A stretch of DNA of 64,000 nt from an uncultured delta proteobacterium (lineage in GTDB: Bacteria; Myxococcota; Myxococcia; Myxococcales; Anaeromyxobacteraceae): NCBI GenBank assembly GCA_963845515.1, contig CAWJSR010000029.1:1-64000 (forward strand). Direction: 5' to 3'. Under the pieces are notes generated by a model. That model searched no databases, was not told the origin of the DNA, and saw only the letters and a list, made by a program, of their open reading frames with translations. The translations under genes were made by a program, and so were the position numbers. Positions within the stretch are counted from its first letter, which is position 1; every line of letters starts with the position of its first letter. Of this stretch, positions 29,751-41,122 are shown piece after piece.

Positions 29751-30351
29751 GCGGCTCGCCGCGCGAGAGGCTCGCGATGAAGCCCCGGATCGCGCCGAGG
29801 ATCCGCGCGTCGACGGCGTCCTGCGTCTCGCCCCGCGCCGCGAGCGCGCGAACGCCGACCTCGAGCGAGTGGTTGCCTCCCTCGACGACGTGGAGCGCGC
29901 CGTGCGCCCTCATGCGGCCGCGCACGCCCTCGAGGAGCTCGAGCGGGCAGAGAGCGTCCCGCGATCCCTGCACGAAGAGGATCGGCACGCGGAGCGCCGT
30001 GAGCACCTCGTCACGCACCTGGCCGCGCTGGCCGCGGAGCGGGTAACCGAGGCACACGACACCGGCGACCGGCTCCTCGAGCGCGACGTGGCAGCCGACG
30101 CGGCCGCCCATGGACTTCCCCACGAGGACCACCGGCCCACGATGCCGCGCGCGCGCCTCGCCGAGGGCCGCGCGATGCGCGGCGACGAGCACGGGGAGGC
30201 GGTCGGGGCTCCGCCTTCCGGCGCGCTGGTAGGGGTAATCGAACCGGACGACCTCGCCGAGCCCGGCGAGCCGTGCCGCCCAGCGCTCCATCCAGGTCGA
30301 GGTGGACGGGGCGCCGGCGCCGGGGGCGAAGAGGAGGAGCGGTCTGGCCAC
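29722..30351 (-). CDS. Alpha/beta hydrolase (KANL3/Tex30-like)
   Basis: GAGAPS...FDYPY, GKSMGGR nucleophile elbow, CLGYPL, QGSRD, GGNHS. Confidence 0.88.
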   Translation of the reverse strand: MARPLLLFAPGAGAPSTSTWMERWAARLAGLGEVVRFDYPYQRAGRRSPDRLPVLVAAHRAALGEARARHRGPVVLVGKSMGGRVGCHVALEEPVAGVVCLGYPLRGQRGQVRDEVLTALRVPILFVQGSRDALCPLELLEGVRGRMRAHGALHVVEGGNHSLEVGVRALAARGETQDAVDARILGAIRGFIASLSRGEPLPHPDPLPR

Positions 30352-30419
30352 GCGACGGATCTAACGGAAGGTAGGCCCACGCGCTCCGGGGCGGAGGCAG
30401 CCGGTTGCCGCGCAGCCCG

Positions 30420-31925
30420 CTATGGGAGCGTCTGGTTCGCCATCCGGAGGAGCTCCCAGTAGGGCGGCTCGTACCCGTTCTCTGCGCGGAAGCGCTCTGC
30501 GGCGGCCCCGAGCCGCTCCACCCATCGGTCGTGCTCGCGCGAGTAGGCCTGGCTGCGCAGCGCCGCGGTGGCGGTCATCCCCTCGGGCACCGGGCCGTTG
30601 CCTCCGAACGCCCGGAGGACGGCGCTCGCGACCCGAAACACGCGCACCAGCGGGAGCTGCGTCCAGGAGATCTCCGGATCCCAGCCGCGCTCCGCCAGCT
30701 CCAGCATCGCGTCGGTGGCCGCGGCTGCGAGCCGGTCGGCGCGGAGCGTGGGCAGGTCCCTCCACTCCGCGACCACCACCAGCTGAGGGTCGTACTCCAG
30801 GTCGGACGGCTCCTGCGTCACGAACTGCCGGACCCCAAGCCCCCAGAGCCAGCGCCGGAGCCCCGGCGCCGAGACGTGCGAGAGCGCAGGCCAGAGCCGC
30901 ACGCCGCGCGCGTCGTAGGCCGCGAAGGCGACCTCCGAGCAGAAGAGCCGCGCGTGATCGCGGAAGTCCATCCCGAAGTCGTAGGGCGTCCGCCCCTCGC
31001 GAGCCCGGCTCAGGGCGAGCTCCGCAGCGCGGTGGGGCAGCAGCGGGTCGGCCACCACCGCGGGGAGGTCGGCGCGCGCCCGGAGCACGAGCACCCGCAG
31101 CTTGCCGTCGCCGAGGTACTTGCGCACTGGCGTGACCACGAGCCCACGCCCGATGAGCGACTCGACGATCGAGACCTCGCGGGTCCCCGGGTCCACGTGG
31201 ACCAGCGCGACGTGCGAGAAGTTCCCCGGGAAGTCGCTCCCGCGCGCGATCAGGGCCGACGTGGGGGCGTCGCCGCGGGAGAGCAGGATGTCCCCGCTGC
31301 GCAGGGGAACGCCGGCCACCTCCGCGGCAGGGGCCGCCGACGGTTCGTCCCGTCCGGCGAGCAGCGCGCCGAACTGCGCTGAGCGCGGCAGCTGCATGGC
31401 CGCCTCCTCGAGCGCCAGCCGGGTGCCGTAGAGCAGCCGGTACAGCGTCGTCCGCGACGCCGCGCCGCCTGGATCCCAGCCCTCCGAGCCGCGCTTTACC
31501 GCGTCGCGCACGGCGGCGGTCAGGCGCCCGTAGCGCTGCACCAGCGGTTCGCAGCCCGCCGCGACCGGCGCGAGGAGAAAGAGCTCGCGCTCGAGGTCGA
31601 CCCACTCCGGCGCCTCGGGTCCCGGCCGGTGCCGCACCACCTCGGCGAGGCGGGAGGCGATCCGCGTCGTCCGCGCCCTCGCCTCCTGCTCCCTCGCCAG
31701 GCAGGAGGCCCCCCGCGCCTCGCGGAAGCGACCCTCCAGTGCCTTCCAGAAGTCCCCTCGGCTCCAGCGGAACGGCGCGCTCTCGCCCGGGAGCTCCGGC
31801 GGCGGCGGCGGCGGCCCGCCGGCGGGAACGAGCAGGAGGAGCGCCGCCACCGCGACCGCGATGGCGATCCGGCCGGAGCGCCGCAGGCGACGGGGCTTGG
31901 GCCGTGCTGACCCTGCCCCGTCCAT
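30420..31925 (-). CDS. YiiX/YebB-like permuted papain-fold NlpC/P60 cysteine hydrolase with N-terminal anchor and helical extension
   Basis: LRSGDILLSRG...SALIAR...FSHVAL (His) upstream of PYDF...LFCSEV (Cys), the permuted order. Confidence 0.82.
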   Translation of the reverse strand: MDGAGSARPKPRRLRRSGRIAIAVAVAALLLLVPAGGPPPPPPELPGESAPFRWSRGDFWKALEGRFREARGASCLAREQEARARTTRIASRLAEVVRHRPGPEAPEWVDLERELFLLAPVAAGCEPLVQRYGRLTAAVRDAVKRGSEGWDPGGAASRTTLYRLLYGTRLALEEAAMQLPRSAQFGALLAGRDEPSAAPAAEVAGVPLRSGDILLSRGDAPTSALIARGSDFPGNFSHVALVHVDPGTREVSIVESLIGRGLVVTPVRKYLGDGKLRVLVLRARADLPAVVADPLLPHRAAELALSRAREGRTPYDFGMDFRDHARLFCSEVAFAAYDARGVRLWPALSHVSAPGLRRWLWGLGVRQFVTQEPSDLEYDPQLVVVAEWRDLPTLRADRLAAAATDAMLELAERGWDPEISWTQLPLVRVFRVASAVLRAFGGNGPVPEGMTATAALRSQAYSREHDRWVERLGAAAERFRAENGYEPPYWELLRMANQTLP

Positions 31926-32896
31926 CAGCCCTCGACCGTCAGGATCTCGGCCCCGTCGCGAGTGACGAGGATGGTGTGCTCGAACTGCGCCGTGCGCAGG
32001 CCGTCCGCGGTCACCGCGGTCCAGCCGTCGTCCCAGAGGAGATCCTCCCACGTCCCCGCGGTGATCATCGGCTCGATGGTGAAGGTCATCCCCTCCTCCA
32101 TCACGCGCCTCGCCGACCGATCGTAGTGGTGCGGGATCTGCAGGCCGGTGTGGAAGCCATCCCCGATGCCGTGGCCGCAGTAGGACCGGACCACACCGTA
32201 GCCATGGCGCGACGCCCAGGCCTCGACCGCCTTGCCGATGTCGGAGACGGGGCGCCCCGGGCGGACCGCCGAGATCCCGCGCTCCAGGCACTCCCTCGCC
32301 ACCCGGACGAGCCGTCGCCCCTCCTCGTCCACGTTCCCGACGAGGAAGGTGGCGGAGCAGTCGCCGTGCATCCCGTCCAGGTAGGTGGTGACGTCCAGGT
32401 TGACGATGTCACCGTCCTCGAGCGGGCGGCTGTCGGGGATCCCGTGGCAGATCACCTCGTTCACGGAGGTGCAGATCGACTTGGGGAAGCCGCGGTAGTT
32501 GAGCGGGCTCGGGTAGGCGCCGAGCCGGACGATCTCCGCGTGGGCCAGCTCGTCGAGCGCGTCGGTGGTGATGCCGGGCGCGACCGCCTCGCCGGTGATC
32601 CGCAAGACGCGCGCGGCCGCCTGGCAGGAGCGCCGCTGCCGCGCCAGCTCGTCCGGGCCCTTCACGTCCTTGAGCGACAAGCGCGGCTGACCGGTCACGG
32701 CGTACTCGGGGCCTGGAATCCCGGCTGGGACTGCGCGCGCGGGCGTCACCCGCCCCGGCAGCAGCATCCTCCGGCGCGCTGGCCTCGGCGGTGCGCCGCC
32801 CGCCTGGTCGGCCTGCTCGTGACACTTCTTGTACTTCTTGCCGCTCCCGCACCAGCAGGGATCGTTGCGGCCGACCTTCTCGCCTGTGCCTACCAT
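31925..32896 (-). CDS. map: Type I methionine aminopeptidase with N-terminal SEC-C motif
   Basis: GRNDPCWCGSGKKYKKCH; FPKSICTSVNEVICHGIP, GHGIG, FTIEPM, AQFEHT. Confidence 0.96.
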   Translation of the reverse strand: MVGTGEKVGRNDPCWCGSGKKYKKCHEQADQAGGAPPRPARRRMLLPGRVTPARAVPAGIPGPEYAVTGQPRLSLKDVKGPDELARQRRSCQAAARVLRITGEAVAPGITTDALDELAHAEIVRLGAYPSPLNYRGFPKSICTSVNEVICHGIPDSRPLEDGDIVNLDVTTYLDGMHGDCSATFLVGNVDEEGRRLVRVARECLERGISAVRPGRPVSDIGKAVEAWASRHGYGVVRSYCGHGIGDGFHTGLQIPHHYDRSARRVMEEGMTFTIEPMITAGTWEDLLWDDGWTAVTADGLRTAQFEHTILVTRDGAEILTVEG

Positions 32897-35121
32897 CCGC
32901 CCTGCCCGTACAGCCGGAAGATCTCGGCGAGCACCGCACCGGCCGTCTGCGAGCCGCCCACCCCCACCCCCTGCACCACGAGCGGAAGGTCGGAGTGGCG
33001 CTCCGTCGTGAAGGCCACCATCGCCTCGACGCCGCTCAGCCGGGCCGCGGGGTGGTGCGAAGGCACCGAGACCGGCCCCACGTGGATGTCGGCCCGTCCG
33101 TCGGCCCTCGGGGCGATCCGCGCCAGGAAGCGGAGCGAGCCTCCCGCGCGGAGTCTCTCCACGCCTGCCGCCGCCTCCACGTCATGGAGCCGCAGCGCGG
33201 CGTAGAGCTCGTCGAGCGTCCCCGGCCGAAGCAGCTCCGCAGGGAAGAGCGGCTCGACCGCGACCTCCTCCACCTCGACGCGCAGCCCCATCTCGCGCGC
33301 CAGGATTACCGCCTTGCGCGCCGAATCGAGCCCGGACAGGTCGTCGCGCGGATCCGCCTCGGTGTAGCCGTTGTTGTTTGCCCAGCGGACGGCCAGCGAG
33401 AGCGGCGAGCCCTTGGCGAGCTCGGTGCAGACGAACCCGAGCGTGCCGGAGAGGGAGCCCTCGATGGCGCGCACGCGATCGCCCATGCGCTGAAGCCTGC
33501 GCAGGGTGCCGATGACCGGGAGGCTCGCGCCCACCGTGGTGTCATAATGGTGGTGGCGCTTGTGCTGCCGCCGCGTCTCCCGGAGCTGGTCGATCCGGCG
33601 CTGGGACACGACGAGCGGGCGCTTGTTCGAGCCGACGACGTCGATGTCCCGCCTGAAGGCCTGTTCGTAGACGTCCTCCATCCCGCTGGCCGCGGTGAGG
33701 TCCACGAGGACCGGGCGGGGGAGGCCGGCGAGCCGGTCGAGGAGCGCCGGGGCGTTCCCGGGCTCGATGGGGCCGGTGGCGGGTGCCTCGGCAAGCCGCG
33801 CTCGCCAGCCACCGAGGTCGATCCCGGCGGGATCGAAGGCGGTCCCGCGCCGGTCGGAGATCCCGACGACGCGCAGCACCACCCCGTAGTCCCGCTCCAG
33901 CTCGGTCCGCTGGGCGGCCAGCTGGTCGAGCAGCTCGGCCCCGACCTTCCCCTTGCCGAGGACTACGAGGGAGATGCCGTGCTCGTCGAAGGCACGCTCG
34001 ACGGCCTGCCCGTCCTCGCGGGAGCGCGAGCGCTCCTCTCCGCGGAAGTCGGCCACCATCCCGGAGAGCCGGTCGACGTCGATGAGGAAGGCGTCGTGGC
34101 CGTGCGGAGAGTCCATGACGGCGAGCTTCGCGCTCGGGACGAGCCGTGCGACCTCGCGCTGCTCCGCGGGCCAGTACAGGACGTCCGAGTCGATCGACAC
34201 CACCAGCGTCGGCTGCCGGATCGAGCGAAGGACCTCCTCGAAGTCGCCGCGCCCGCGGGCGACGTCGTGGGTGTCCATCGCCTCCGTCAGGACCACGTAG
34301 GTGGCGGCGTCGAAGCGCTCCACCATCGCGCTCCCCTGGTGGCGCAGGTAGCTCTCCACCGCGAAGAGGTCCTCCGCCTGCTGGCGGCGCGCGAACCGCT
34401 CCTCGAAGCTGGGCATCGACCGGTACGCGCACATCGCCATCATGCGGGCGGCGGCGAGGCCGGCGTCGGGGGGATCCTGCGGGTCGTACCGGCCGCCGCA
34501 CCAGCGCGGGTCGGCGAAGATCGCCTGCCGCTGCGCCTCGGAGAGGCCGATCGCCCACGCCGAGTGGCGGGCGGTGCTCGCGATGAAGACGACCGAGCCG
34601 ACGAGCTCCGGGAAGAGCAGCGCCCACTCGATGGCCTGCATCCCCCCCAGCGAGCCGCCGATGACCACCGGCACCCAGCGGACCCCGAGCGCCGCGACGA
34701 GGGCCTGCTGCACCCTCACCATGTCCCGCACGGTGATCGGCGGGAAGTCTCCGAGGTACGGCCGGCCGGTCGCCGGATCGAGCTCGGTGGGGCCGGTGGT
34801 GCCGTAGCAGCTGCCGAGGATGTTCGCGCAGACGATGAAGTCCCGGTCTGGATCGAAGGCGCGCCCGGGGCCGAACATGCGCGCCCACCAGGAGTCGACG
34901 TCGGCCGTCCCGGTGAGCGCGTGGCACACGATCACCGCGTTCCGGCCGTCGGGGGCGAGCCGTCCCCAGGTCCGGTAGCCGACCCGCACGCGCTCCAGCC
35001 GCCCGCCGAGCTCCAGCTCCAGGGGACCGGGGAGGTCCCAATAGAGCGTCTCTGGCGAGTGGAACGCCTTGCGCTGTGCGCCCCGGTCCGACTTATCGGA
35101 GCTGTCGGTCGTCTGGGCCAT
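32890..35121 (-). CDS. metX: Homoserine O-acyltransferase fused to a homoserine dehydrogenase domain
   Basis: [23 protein letters not shown]; then [46 protein letters not shown]. Confidence 0.92.
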   Translation of the reverse strand: MAQTTDSSDKSDRGAQRKAFHSPETLYWDLPGPLELELGGRLERVRVGYRTWGRLAPDGRNAVIVCHALTGTADVDSWWARMFGPGRAFDPDRDFIVCANILGSCYGTTGPTELDPATGRPYLGDFPPITVRDMVRVQQALVAALGVRWVPVVIGGSLGGMQAIEWALLFPELVGSVVFIASTARHSAWAIGLSEAQRQAIFADPRWCGGRYDPQDPPDAGLAAARMMAMCAYRSMPSFEERFARRQQAEDLFAVESYLRHQGSAMVERFDAATYVVLTEAMDTHDVARGRGDFEEVLRSIRQPTLVVSIDSDVLYWPAEQREVARLVPSAKLAVMDSPHGHDAFLIDVDRLSGMVADFRGEERSRSREDGQAVERAFDEHGISLVVLGKGKVGAELLDQLAAQRTELERDYGVVLRVVGISDRRGTAFDPAGIDLGGWRARLAEAPATGPIEPGNAPALLDRLAGLPRPVLVDLTAASGMEDVYEQAFRRDIDVVGSNKRPLVVSQRRIDQLRETRRQHKRHHHYDTTVGASLPVIGTLRRLQRMGDRVRAIEGSLSGTLGFVCTELAKGSPLSLAVRWANNNGYTEADPRDDLSGLDSARKAVILAREMGLRVEVEEVAVEPLFPAELLRPGTLDELYAALRLHDVEAAAGVERLRAGGSLRFLARIAPRADGRADIHVGPVSVPSHHPAARLSGVEAMVAFTTERHSDLPLVVQGVGVGGSQTAGAVLAEIFRLYGQGGW

Positions 35122-35135
35122 GCGCGGGACTGGCG

Positions 35136-35165
35136 AATGTATCGGCGGTGCAAAAGGGGTGTCAA
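35136..35165 (-). promoter_or_regulatory. Putative sigma70 promoter of metX-map
   Basis: Minus strand TTGACA-N18-TACATT, ending 14 nt before ATG 35121. Confidence 0.6.
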
Positions 35166-35249
35166 GGAAGGGACCGGTCCTCCGGGACGACGGTATACTG
35201 CCGGGATGCGCCGGCGGCCCGACTTGCCGGGCAGCCCAAGGAGGACGCG

Positions 35250-35783
35250 GTGAGCGCCCAGACGACCCCCACCACTCCCCAGGACGCCCAGGCCACCGAG
35301 CTCGGGAAGCGCCTGGCGGGGAAGTACATGACCTTCCAGCTCGCGAAGGAGGAGTACGGCCTCGAGATCCTCAAGGTGAGGGAGATCATCGGCCTGATGG
35401 AGATCACGCGCGTCCCGCGGACCCGCGACTTCATCCGCGGCGTCATCAACCTGCGCGGCAAGGTGATCCCCGTCGTGGACCTGCGGCTCAAGTTCGGGAT
35501 GGCCGCCTGCGAGCCGACCGACCAGACCGTGATCATCGTCGTCCAGTACTCCCTCGACGGCGGCCGCCCGCTGACGATGGGGATCCTCGTGGACCAGGTG
35601 CTCGAGGTCCTCTCGATCGACGGCACCCACATCGAGCCACCGCCGTCGCTCGGGAGCGCGTCGCTCGACAGCGAGTTCATCCTCGGCGTCGGGAAGCACG
35701 AGAAGCGGATCGTCTTCCTGCTCGACATCGCGCGGGTCCTCTCGACCGACGAGGCCACCGACGTGGCCAGGGTCGCCAGCTGA
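35250..35783 (+). CDS. cheW: Chemotaxis coupling protein CheW
   Basis: [22 protein letters not shown]...ITRVP...[19 protein letters not shown] start after AAGGAGG. Confidence 0.96.
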   Translation: MSAQTTPTTPQDAQATELGKRLAGKYMTFQLAKEEYGLEILKVREIIGLMEITRVPRTRDFIRGVINLRGKVIPVVDLRLKFGMAACEPTDQTVIIVVQYSLDGGRPLTMGILVDQVLEVLSIDGTHIEPPPSLGSASLDSEFILGVGKHEKRIVFLLDIARVLSTDEATDVARVAS

Positions 35784-35803
35784 ACGGCGCGGGCGGAGGG
35801 AAC

Positions 35804-37771
35804 GTGGTCGGCTCGAGAGCGGCTCCCCTGGTCGTGACGGCGTCCGCCTTGGCGGCGGCCTTCACCGCGACCGTCGGCCTGCTCGCCTGGGCTGCGGTCG
35901 GCTCGGCCGCGACGGGCCTCGTCCTCCTCGCCGGCAGCGCCGGGATGCTCGCCGGCGGGTACTGGCTCGCGGCCAGGGTCAGGGCCGCCGCCGAGGGCGA
36001 CGTCCGCGGGGCGAGCGCCGCCAGCGAGGCCGACGCGACCGCCCGGCTCGCACCCCTCCAGCGCGAGCTCGCAGAGGGGAAGGAGCGGCTCGCCGCCCTG
36101 CAGGCCGAGCTCGAGCGGGCTGCGAGCGAGCAGCTGGCGGGCGATCCCGATGCGCTCGCCGCCGAGGAGCGCTTCCACGGCCCGCTGCGCGCCATCGCCG
36201 TGGCCGCCAACTCGACGACGCGCCACCACGTCACGGCCCTGCGCGACGTGCTCGACCTCCTCGACGCCTGGGCACGTGGTGACTTCGCGCCGGAGCTACG
36301 TCCACTGGATGGGAGGCCGGCCCAGGCCCAGGAGGTCGTGGGGCGCGTCCGGGCCAACCTCCGTGGCGTCACGCAGGAGCTGCGGGCGCTCACCAGCGCG
36401 GCGGTCGAAGGCCGGCTGGACGTCCGCGCCGATCACCAGCGGTTCCCCGGGGAGTGGCAGGCGCTCGTGCGCGGCGTCAACGAGACGCTCGACTCGGTCC
36501 TGATGCCGCTGCTCATGTCCGCCGAGAGCTTCGAGCGCATCTCGCGCGGCGACATCCCCGAGAAGATCACGGAGGGGTTGAAGGGCGAGTTCGACACCAT
36601 CCACCAGAACGTCAACCGCTGCATCGACGCCGTGAAGGGGCTCGTCCAGGACGTGGACCAGCTGGCCACGGCCGCCATCGCCGGCAGGCTGGGGGTCCGC
36701 GCCGACGCGTCACGCCACGAGGGCGAGTTCCGCCGCATCGTGGAGGGGATCAACCGGACGCTCGACGCCGTGCTCGCCCCCATCGACGAGTCCACGAAGG
36801 TGCTGGAGCGGCTCGCGAACCGCGACCTGACCGCCCGGGTGAACGGCGTCTACCGCGGGGAGCACGCCCGCATCCAGGAGGCGATCAACTCGAGCGCAGA
36901 GGCGCTCCACGAGGCGATGGGCCAGGTCGCCACGGTCGTCGACCAGGTCTCGAGCGCGGCGGTCCAGATCGCCTCGTCGAGCCAGTCGGTGGCGAGCGGC
37001 GCCTCCGAGCAGGCCTCCTCGCTCGCCGAGTACGCCACCACGGTCGAGCTCATCGCGTCGATGCTGCGACGCACCTCGGACCAGGCGGGCCAGGCCGACG
37101 CCACGGTCCGCGGGGCGCGCGACGCCGCCTCGGAGGGGTCCCAGTCCATGACCCGGATGCTGGCCGCGATGGCCTCGATCCGGACGTCGACCGAGGGGAC
37201 CTCCCAGATCATCAAGGACATCAACGAGATCGCCTTCCAGACCAACCTGCTCGCCCTCAACGCCGCGGTCGAGGCGGCCAGGGCCGGCGAGGCGGGGCGC
37301 GGCTTCGCCGTCGTCGCCGAGGAGGTCCGCTCGCTGGCGCTGCGCTCGAAGCAGGCGGCGGCGAGGACCGAGTCGCTCATCCGCGACTCCCTGCGGCAGG
37401 CCAACGAGGGCGAGGGGACGTCGCGCCACGTCGCCGAGCGGCTCGGGGCGATCGTGACCGCGGTGGAGAAGACCACCGCCATCGTCGCCGAGATCGCGGC
37501 GAGCTCCCGCGATCAGGCGGACGGGATCAGCGGCGTGATGCGCGCCGTCTCCGAGATGGACAAGGTCACGCAGCAGAACGCGGCCTCCGCCGAGCAGTCC
37601 TCGTCCGCCGCGACCGAGCTCTCCGGCCAGTCCCAGGAGCTCGCGACGCTGGTCGACGCCTTCACGCTGGGTGACGCGCGCAGCTCGCGGCACCGTGGGG
37701 CGGGCGTCGAGCCGCGTGCTCGCGGCGGGTCGACGGGCGGGTTCGGGGACGGGGACCTCTCGGAGTTCTAG
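35804..37771 (+). CDS. Methyl-accepting chemotaxis protein (2 TM, poly-HAMP)
   Basis: [37 protein letters not shown]; repeated G.L.VRAD...G HAMP units. Confidence 0.95.
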   Translation: MVGSRAAPLVVTASALAAAFTATVGLLAWAAVGSAATGLVLLAGSAGMLAGGYWLAARVRAAAEGDVRGASAASEADATARLAPLQRELAEGKERLAALQAELERAASEQLAGDPDALAAEERFHGPLRAIAVAANSTTRHHVTALRDVLDLLDAWARGDFAPELRPLDGRPAQAQEVVGRVRANLRGVTQELRALTSAAVEGRLDVRADHQRFPGEWQALVRGVNETLDSVLMPLLMSAESFERISRGDIPEKITEGLKGEFDTIHQNVNRCIDAVKGLVQDVDQLATAAIAGRLGVRADASRHEGEFRRIVEGINRTLDAVLAPIDESTKVLERLANRDLTARVNGVYRGEHARIQEAINSSAEALHEAMGQVATVVDQVSSAAVQIASSSQSVASGASEQASSLAEYATTVELIASMLRRTSDQAGQADATVRGARDAASEGSQSMTRMLAAMASIRTSTEGTSQIIKDINEIAFQTNLLALNAAVEAARAGEAGRGFAVVAEEVRSLALRSKQAAARTESLIRDSLRQANEGEGTSRHVAERLGAIVTAVEKTTAIVAEIAASSRDQADGISGVMRAVSEMDKVTQQNAASAEQSSSAATELSGQSQELATLVDAFTLGDARSSRHRGAGVEPRARGGSTGGFGDGDLSEF

Positions 37772-38845
<1,074 letters not shown>

Positions 38846-38854
38846 GAAGCACAA

Positions 38855-38971
38855 GGCGCGCAGGCTCGAGCCGAGGTCGGGCGCATGACGAGCGAGCAGC
38901 GGAGCCGTACATTTTCGTACGGCGAGCAGCACAGCGAGGAGTCCGCCCGAGATCGGCCGAGACCGCGCGCC
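38855..38971. repeat. 117-nt imperfect long hairpin filling the convergent cheB/cheX gap
   Basis: Nested complementary blocks GGCGCGC, CTCG, GCCGA, TCGGGCG, GAC and apical GCCGTAC-attttc-GTACGGC. Confidence 0.75.
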
Positions 38972-38972
38972 G

Positions 38973-39425
38973 TTATCGGCCGGGCTCCAGGTCCAGCTCC
39001 AGCACGACCAGGTCGCCGGTGTCCACGCGGACAGCGGCAGCGCAGGTGGTGTGCCGGTCCGCTGGCGCCTCGTCGGCCACCGCCGGGAGCCCGAGCTGGA
39101 AGGGCACCTTGGTGCCGAAGTGCCGGGTGACGAAGGCGCCTCCCAGGACGTTCAGGATCTCGCCGAGCGCGTTGCGCCCCTGCTCGTCGGCCTCGGGGTC
39201 GTTCGGATCGATCCCGAGCATGTTGGCCGCCAGGTTCCGCGCGAGGTTCCGGCTCGCTGTCAGCCTCAGCTGGCCTCCGCGCACCGCCTCGAAGTCGATC
39301 GTCGCGCTGAAGACGTCAGTGTCGTACGCCTGCGGGACGGCCTCCGGCTCGATCATGAAGAAGGCGGCCTCCTCGAGGACGTTGCTCAAGACCTCGGTGA
39401 GCAGCTGCGGGGTCGGCTCAGACAT
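38973..39425 (-). CDS. CheX/CheC-like phosphatase-family protein
   Basis: LAANMLG...ALGEILNVLGG (ExxN motif)...LGLP; lies in the che operon. Confidence 0.78.
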   Translation of the reverse strand: MSEPTPQLLTEVLSNVLEEAAFFMIEPEAVPQAYDTDVFSATIDFEAVRGGQLRLTASRNLARNLAANMLGIDPNDPEADEQGRNALGEILNVLGGAFVTRHFGTKVPFQLGLPAVADEAPADRHTTCAAAVRVDTGDLVVLELDLEPGR

Positions 39426-39813
39426 GGCCCGCCCCCTGCGGCCCCAGGATCTCCATCACGAGATCCCGGAGCGACTCGGGCCTGAAGGGCTTCGTCAGGA
39501 ACGCCCGCGCGCCGCTGTCGAGGATCTCCTCGACGCGATCCTCGCTCATCGGCGTCGCGACTATGACGACCGGGATCCGGGAGAGCGCCGGGTCGGACGC
39601 CATCCGCTTCACGAACTCCATGCCGTTCATGACCGGCATGTTCACGTCCGCCAGGACGAGGTCGACGGGGGTGACCGCCAGGCGCTCCAGCGCCTCGACG
39701 CCGTTCGCCGCCTCGTGGACCTCGGAGATCTCGAGGCCGCAGAGCCCGATCGCCCGGCGGACCATCTTCCGGGTCACCGGGGAGTCGTCCACGACCAGCA
39801 GCTGCAATGCCAC
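39418..39813 (-). CDS. cheY: Single-domain response regulator CheY
   Basis: LVVDDS...LADVNMPVMNG...FLTKPF; GTG start at 39813. Confidence 0.9.
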   Translation of the reverse strand: MALQLLVVDDSPVTRKMVRRAIGLCGLEISEVHEAANGVEALERLAVTPVDLVLADVNMPVMNGMEFVKRMASDPALSRIPVVIVATPMSEDRVEEILDSGARAFLTKPFRPESLRDLVMEILGPQGAGHV

Positions 39814-39833
39814 GCCTGCCTCCTTGAGCGATC

Positions 39834-40313
39834 CTACAGGGAGATCACTTCCGACCCGGACTGGATAGTCACCTGTCCCGTGTCGACGAACAACCTCGCC
39901 GTTCTCGAACGATTTCCGCCGATATCCTCGGCGGCGATGAGCACCTGGTTCTTCCAGAAGATCTTCCGCATCATCGTGTAGTTGCGGCGCCCGATGTCGA
40001 AGGTGTCGGTGTCGCCGTGGAAGCTCCCGCCGCCGGCGACCTTGACCACGATGTCCCGCTTCTTCGCCCCCAGGAGGTACATCCGCTCGAACAGGAGCGG
40101 GATCCCGGTGTCGGCGAAGGTGCCGGGGCTGTCCTTGGCGCGGTCCGGCGAGAGCGACGCCGCCGGCAGCTGGAAGTGGAGCATCCCGGCGATCCGGCAG
40201 ACCGGATCCCACGTCATCACCGCGACGCAGGAGCCGAGCCCGTGCGTCACGAGCACCCGGCTCCGATCGTCGGAGACCTCGATCCCGCCGATGGCGACCG
40301 TGAGGAGGTTCAA
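39834..40313 (-). CDS. cheD: Chemoreceptor glutamine deamidase CheD
   Basis: THGLGSCVAV, GMLHFQLP, FADTGI, KVAGG, IGRRN, EDIGG; TTG start overlapping the cheR stop. Confidence 0.93.
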   Translation of the reverse strand: MNLLTVAIGGIEVSDDRSRVLVTHGLGSCVAVMTWDPVCRIAGMLHFQLPAASLSPDRAKDSPGTFADTGIPLLFERMYLLGAKKRDIVVKVAGGGSFHGDTDTFDIGRRNYTMMRKIFWKNQVLIAAEDIGGNRSRTARLFVDTGQVTIQSGSEVISL

Positions 40314-41122
40314 CCGACCTCCCGGGCCCTGCGGTAGACGGAAGGTCGGTCCACGACCAGCGCCGTGTCGATGCCGTTCAGCGTCTCGGAGTGGCCGATG
40401 AAGAACCGGCCCCCAGGCTTGAGCAGCCGCTCCACCTCGGAGACCAGCCCCGCGCGCATGGGCCGGTCGAAGTAGATCATCACGTTCCGGCAGAAGATCG
40501 CATCGAGCGGTCCCGGCATCGGGTACGGCCGCTCCGAGAGGTTGACCCGCCGGAAGAGGATCCGCTCCTTCAGGCGCGACGACACCGACCACGTGGAGGA
40601 GCCGTCTCCTCCCCGCGTCCGCGTGAGGAACCGCTCGCGGAACTTCCCCGGGACGTCGGCGACCTCTTCATCGCCGTAGACGCCGCCCTGGGCGCGGGCG
40701 AGCGCGCGCGTCGAGAGGTCCGTCGCGAGGATCCGCCAGTCCCGCGTGCCCAGGAGATCGTGGACCGTCATGGCGACGGTGTACGGCTCCTCGCCGGAGG
40801 CGCACCCGGCGCACCAGAACCGGAAGCGCTGCTGTCCGGCCGCGACCGCCGCCGCGACGTCCTCCCTCAGGAGGTCGAAGTGGTCGGGCTCCCTGAAGAA
40901 CTTGGTGAAGTTGGTGGAGATCGCGTCCAGGAACAGGACGATCTCGTCCCGGGCGCCGCGCCCCTGGAGCCTGGAGAGGTACTCCTCCTCGCTGTGAAGC
41001 CCCAGATCCCGCAGCCGCTTCGCGAGCCGGGCCTGGACGAGCGCCGCCTTGCCTTCGCGCAGGTGGATCCCCGCCTGGGCGTAAGCGATCTCCTGGAAGG
41101 CGCGGAAGGCTGCGGGCGTCAT
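40310..41122 (-). CDS. cheR: Chemotaxis methyltransferase CheR
   Basis: TNFTKFFREPDHF, WCAGCASGEEPY, ATDLS, IFCRNVMIYFD, GHSE. Confidence 0.97.
   Translation of the reverse strand: MTPAAFRAFQEIAYAQAGIHLREGKAALVQARLAKRLRDLGLHSEEEYLSRLQGRGARDEIVLFLDAISTNFTKFFREPDHFDLLREDVAAAVAAGQQRFRFWCAGCASGEEPYTVAMTVHDLLGTRDWRILATDLSTRALARAQGGVYGDEEVADVPGKFRERFLTRTRGGDGSSTWSVSSRLKERILFRRVNLSERPYPMPGPLDAIFCRNVMIYFDRPMRAGLVSEVERLLKPGGRFFIGHSETLNGIDTALVVDRPSVYRRAREVG

Noticed and set aside
35122..35249. SAM riboswitch upstream of metX
   Set aside because: No recognisable SAM-I/II core, and the predicted promoter leaves a leader of about 8 nt.
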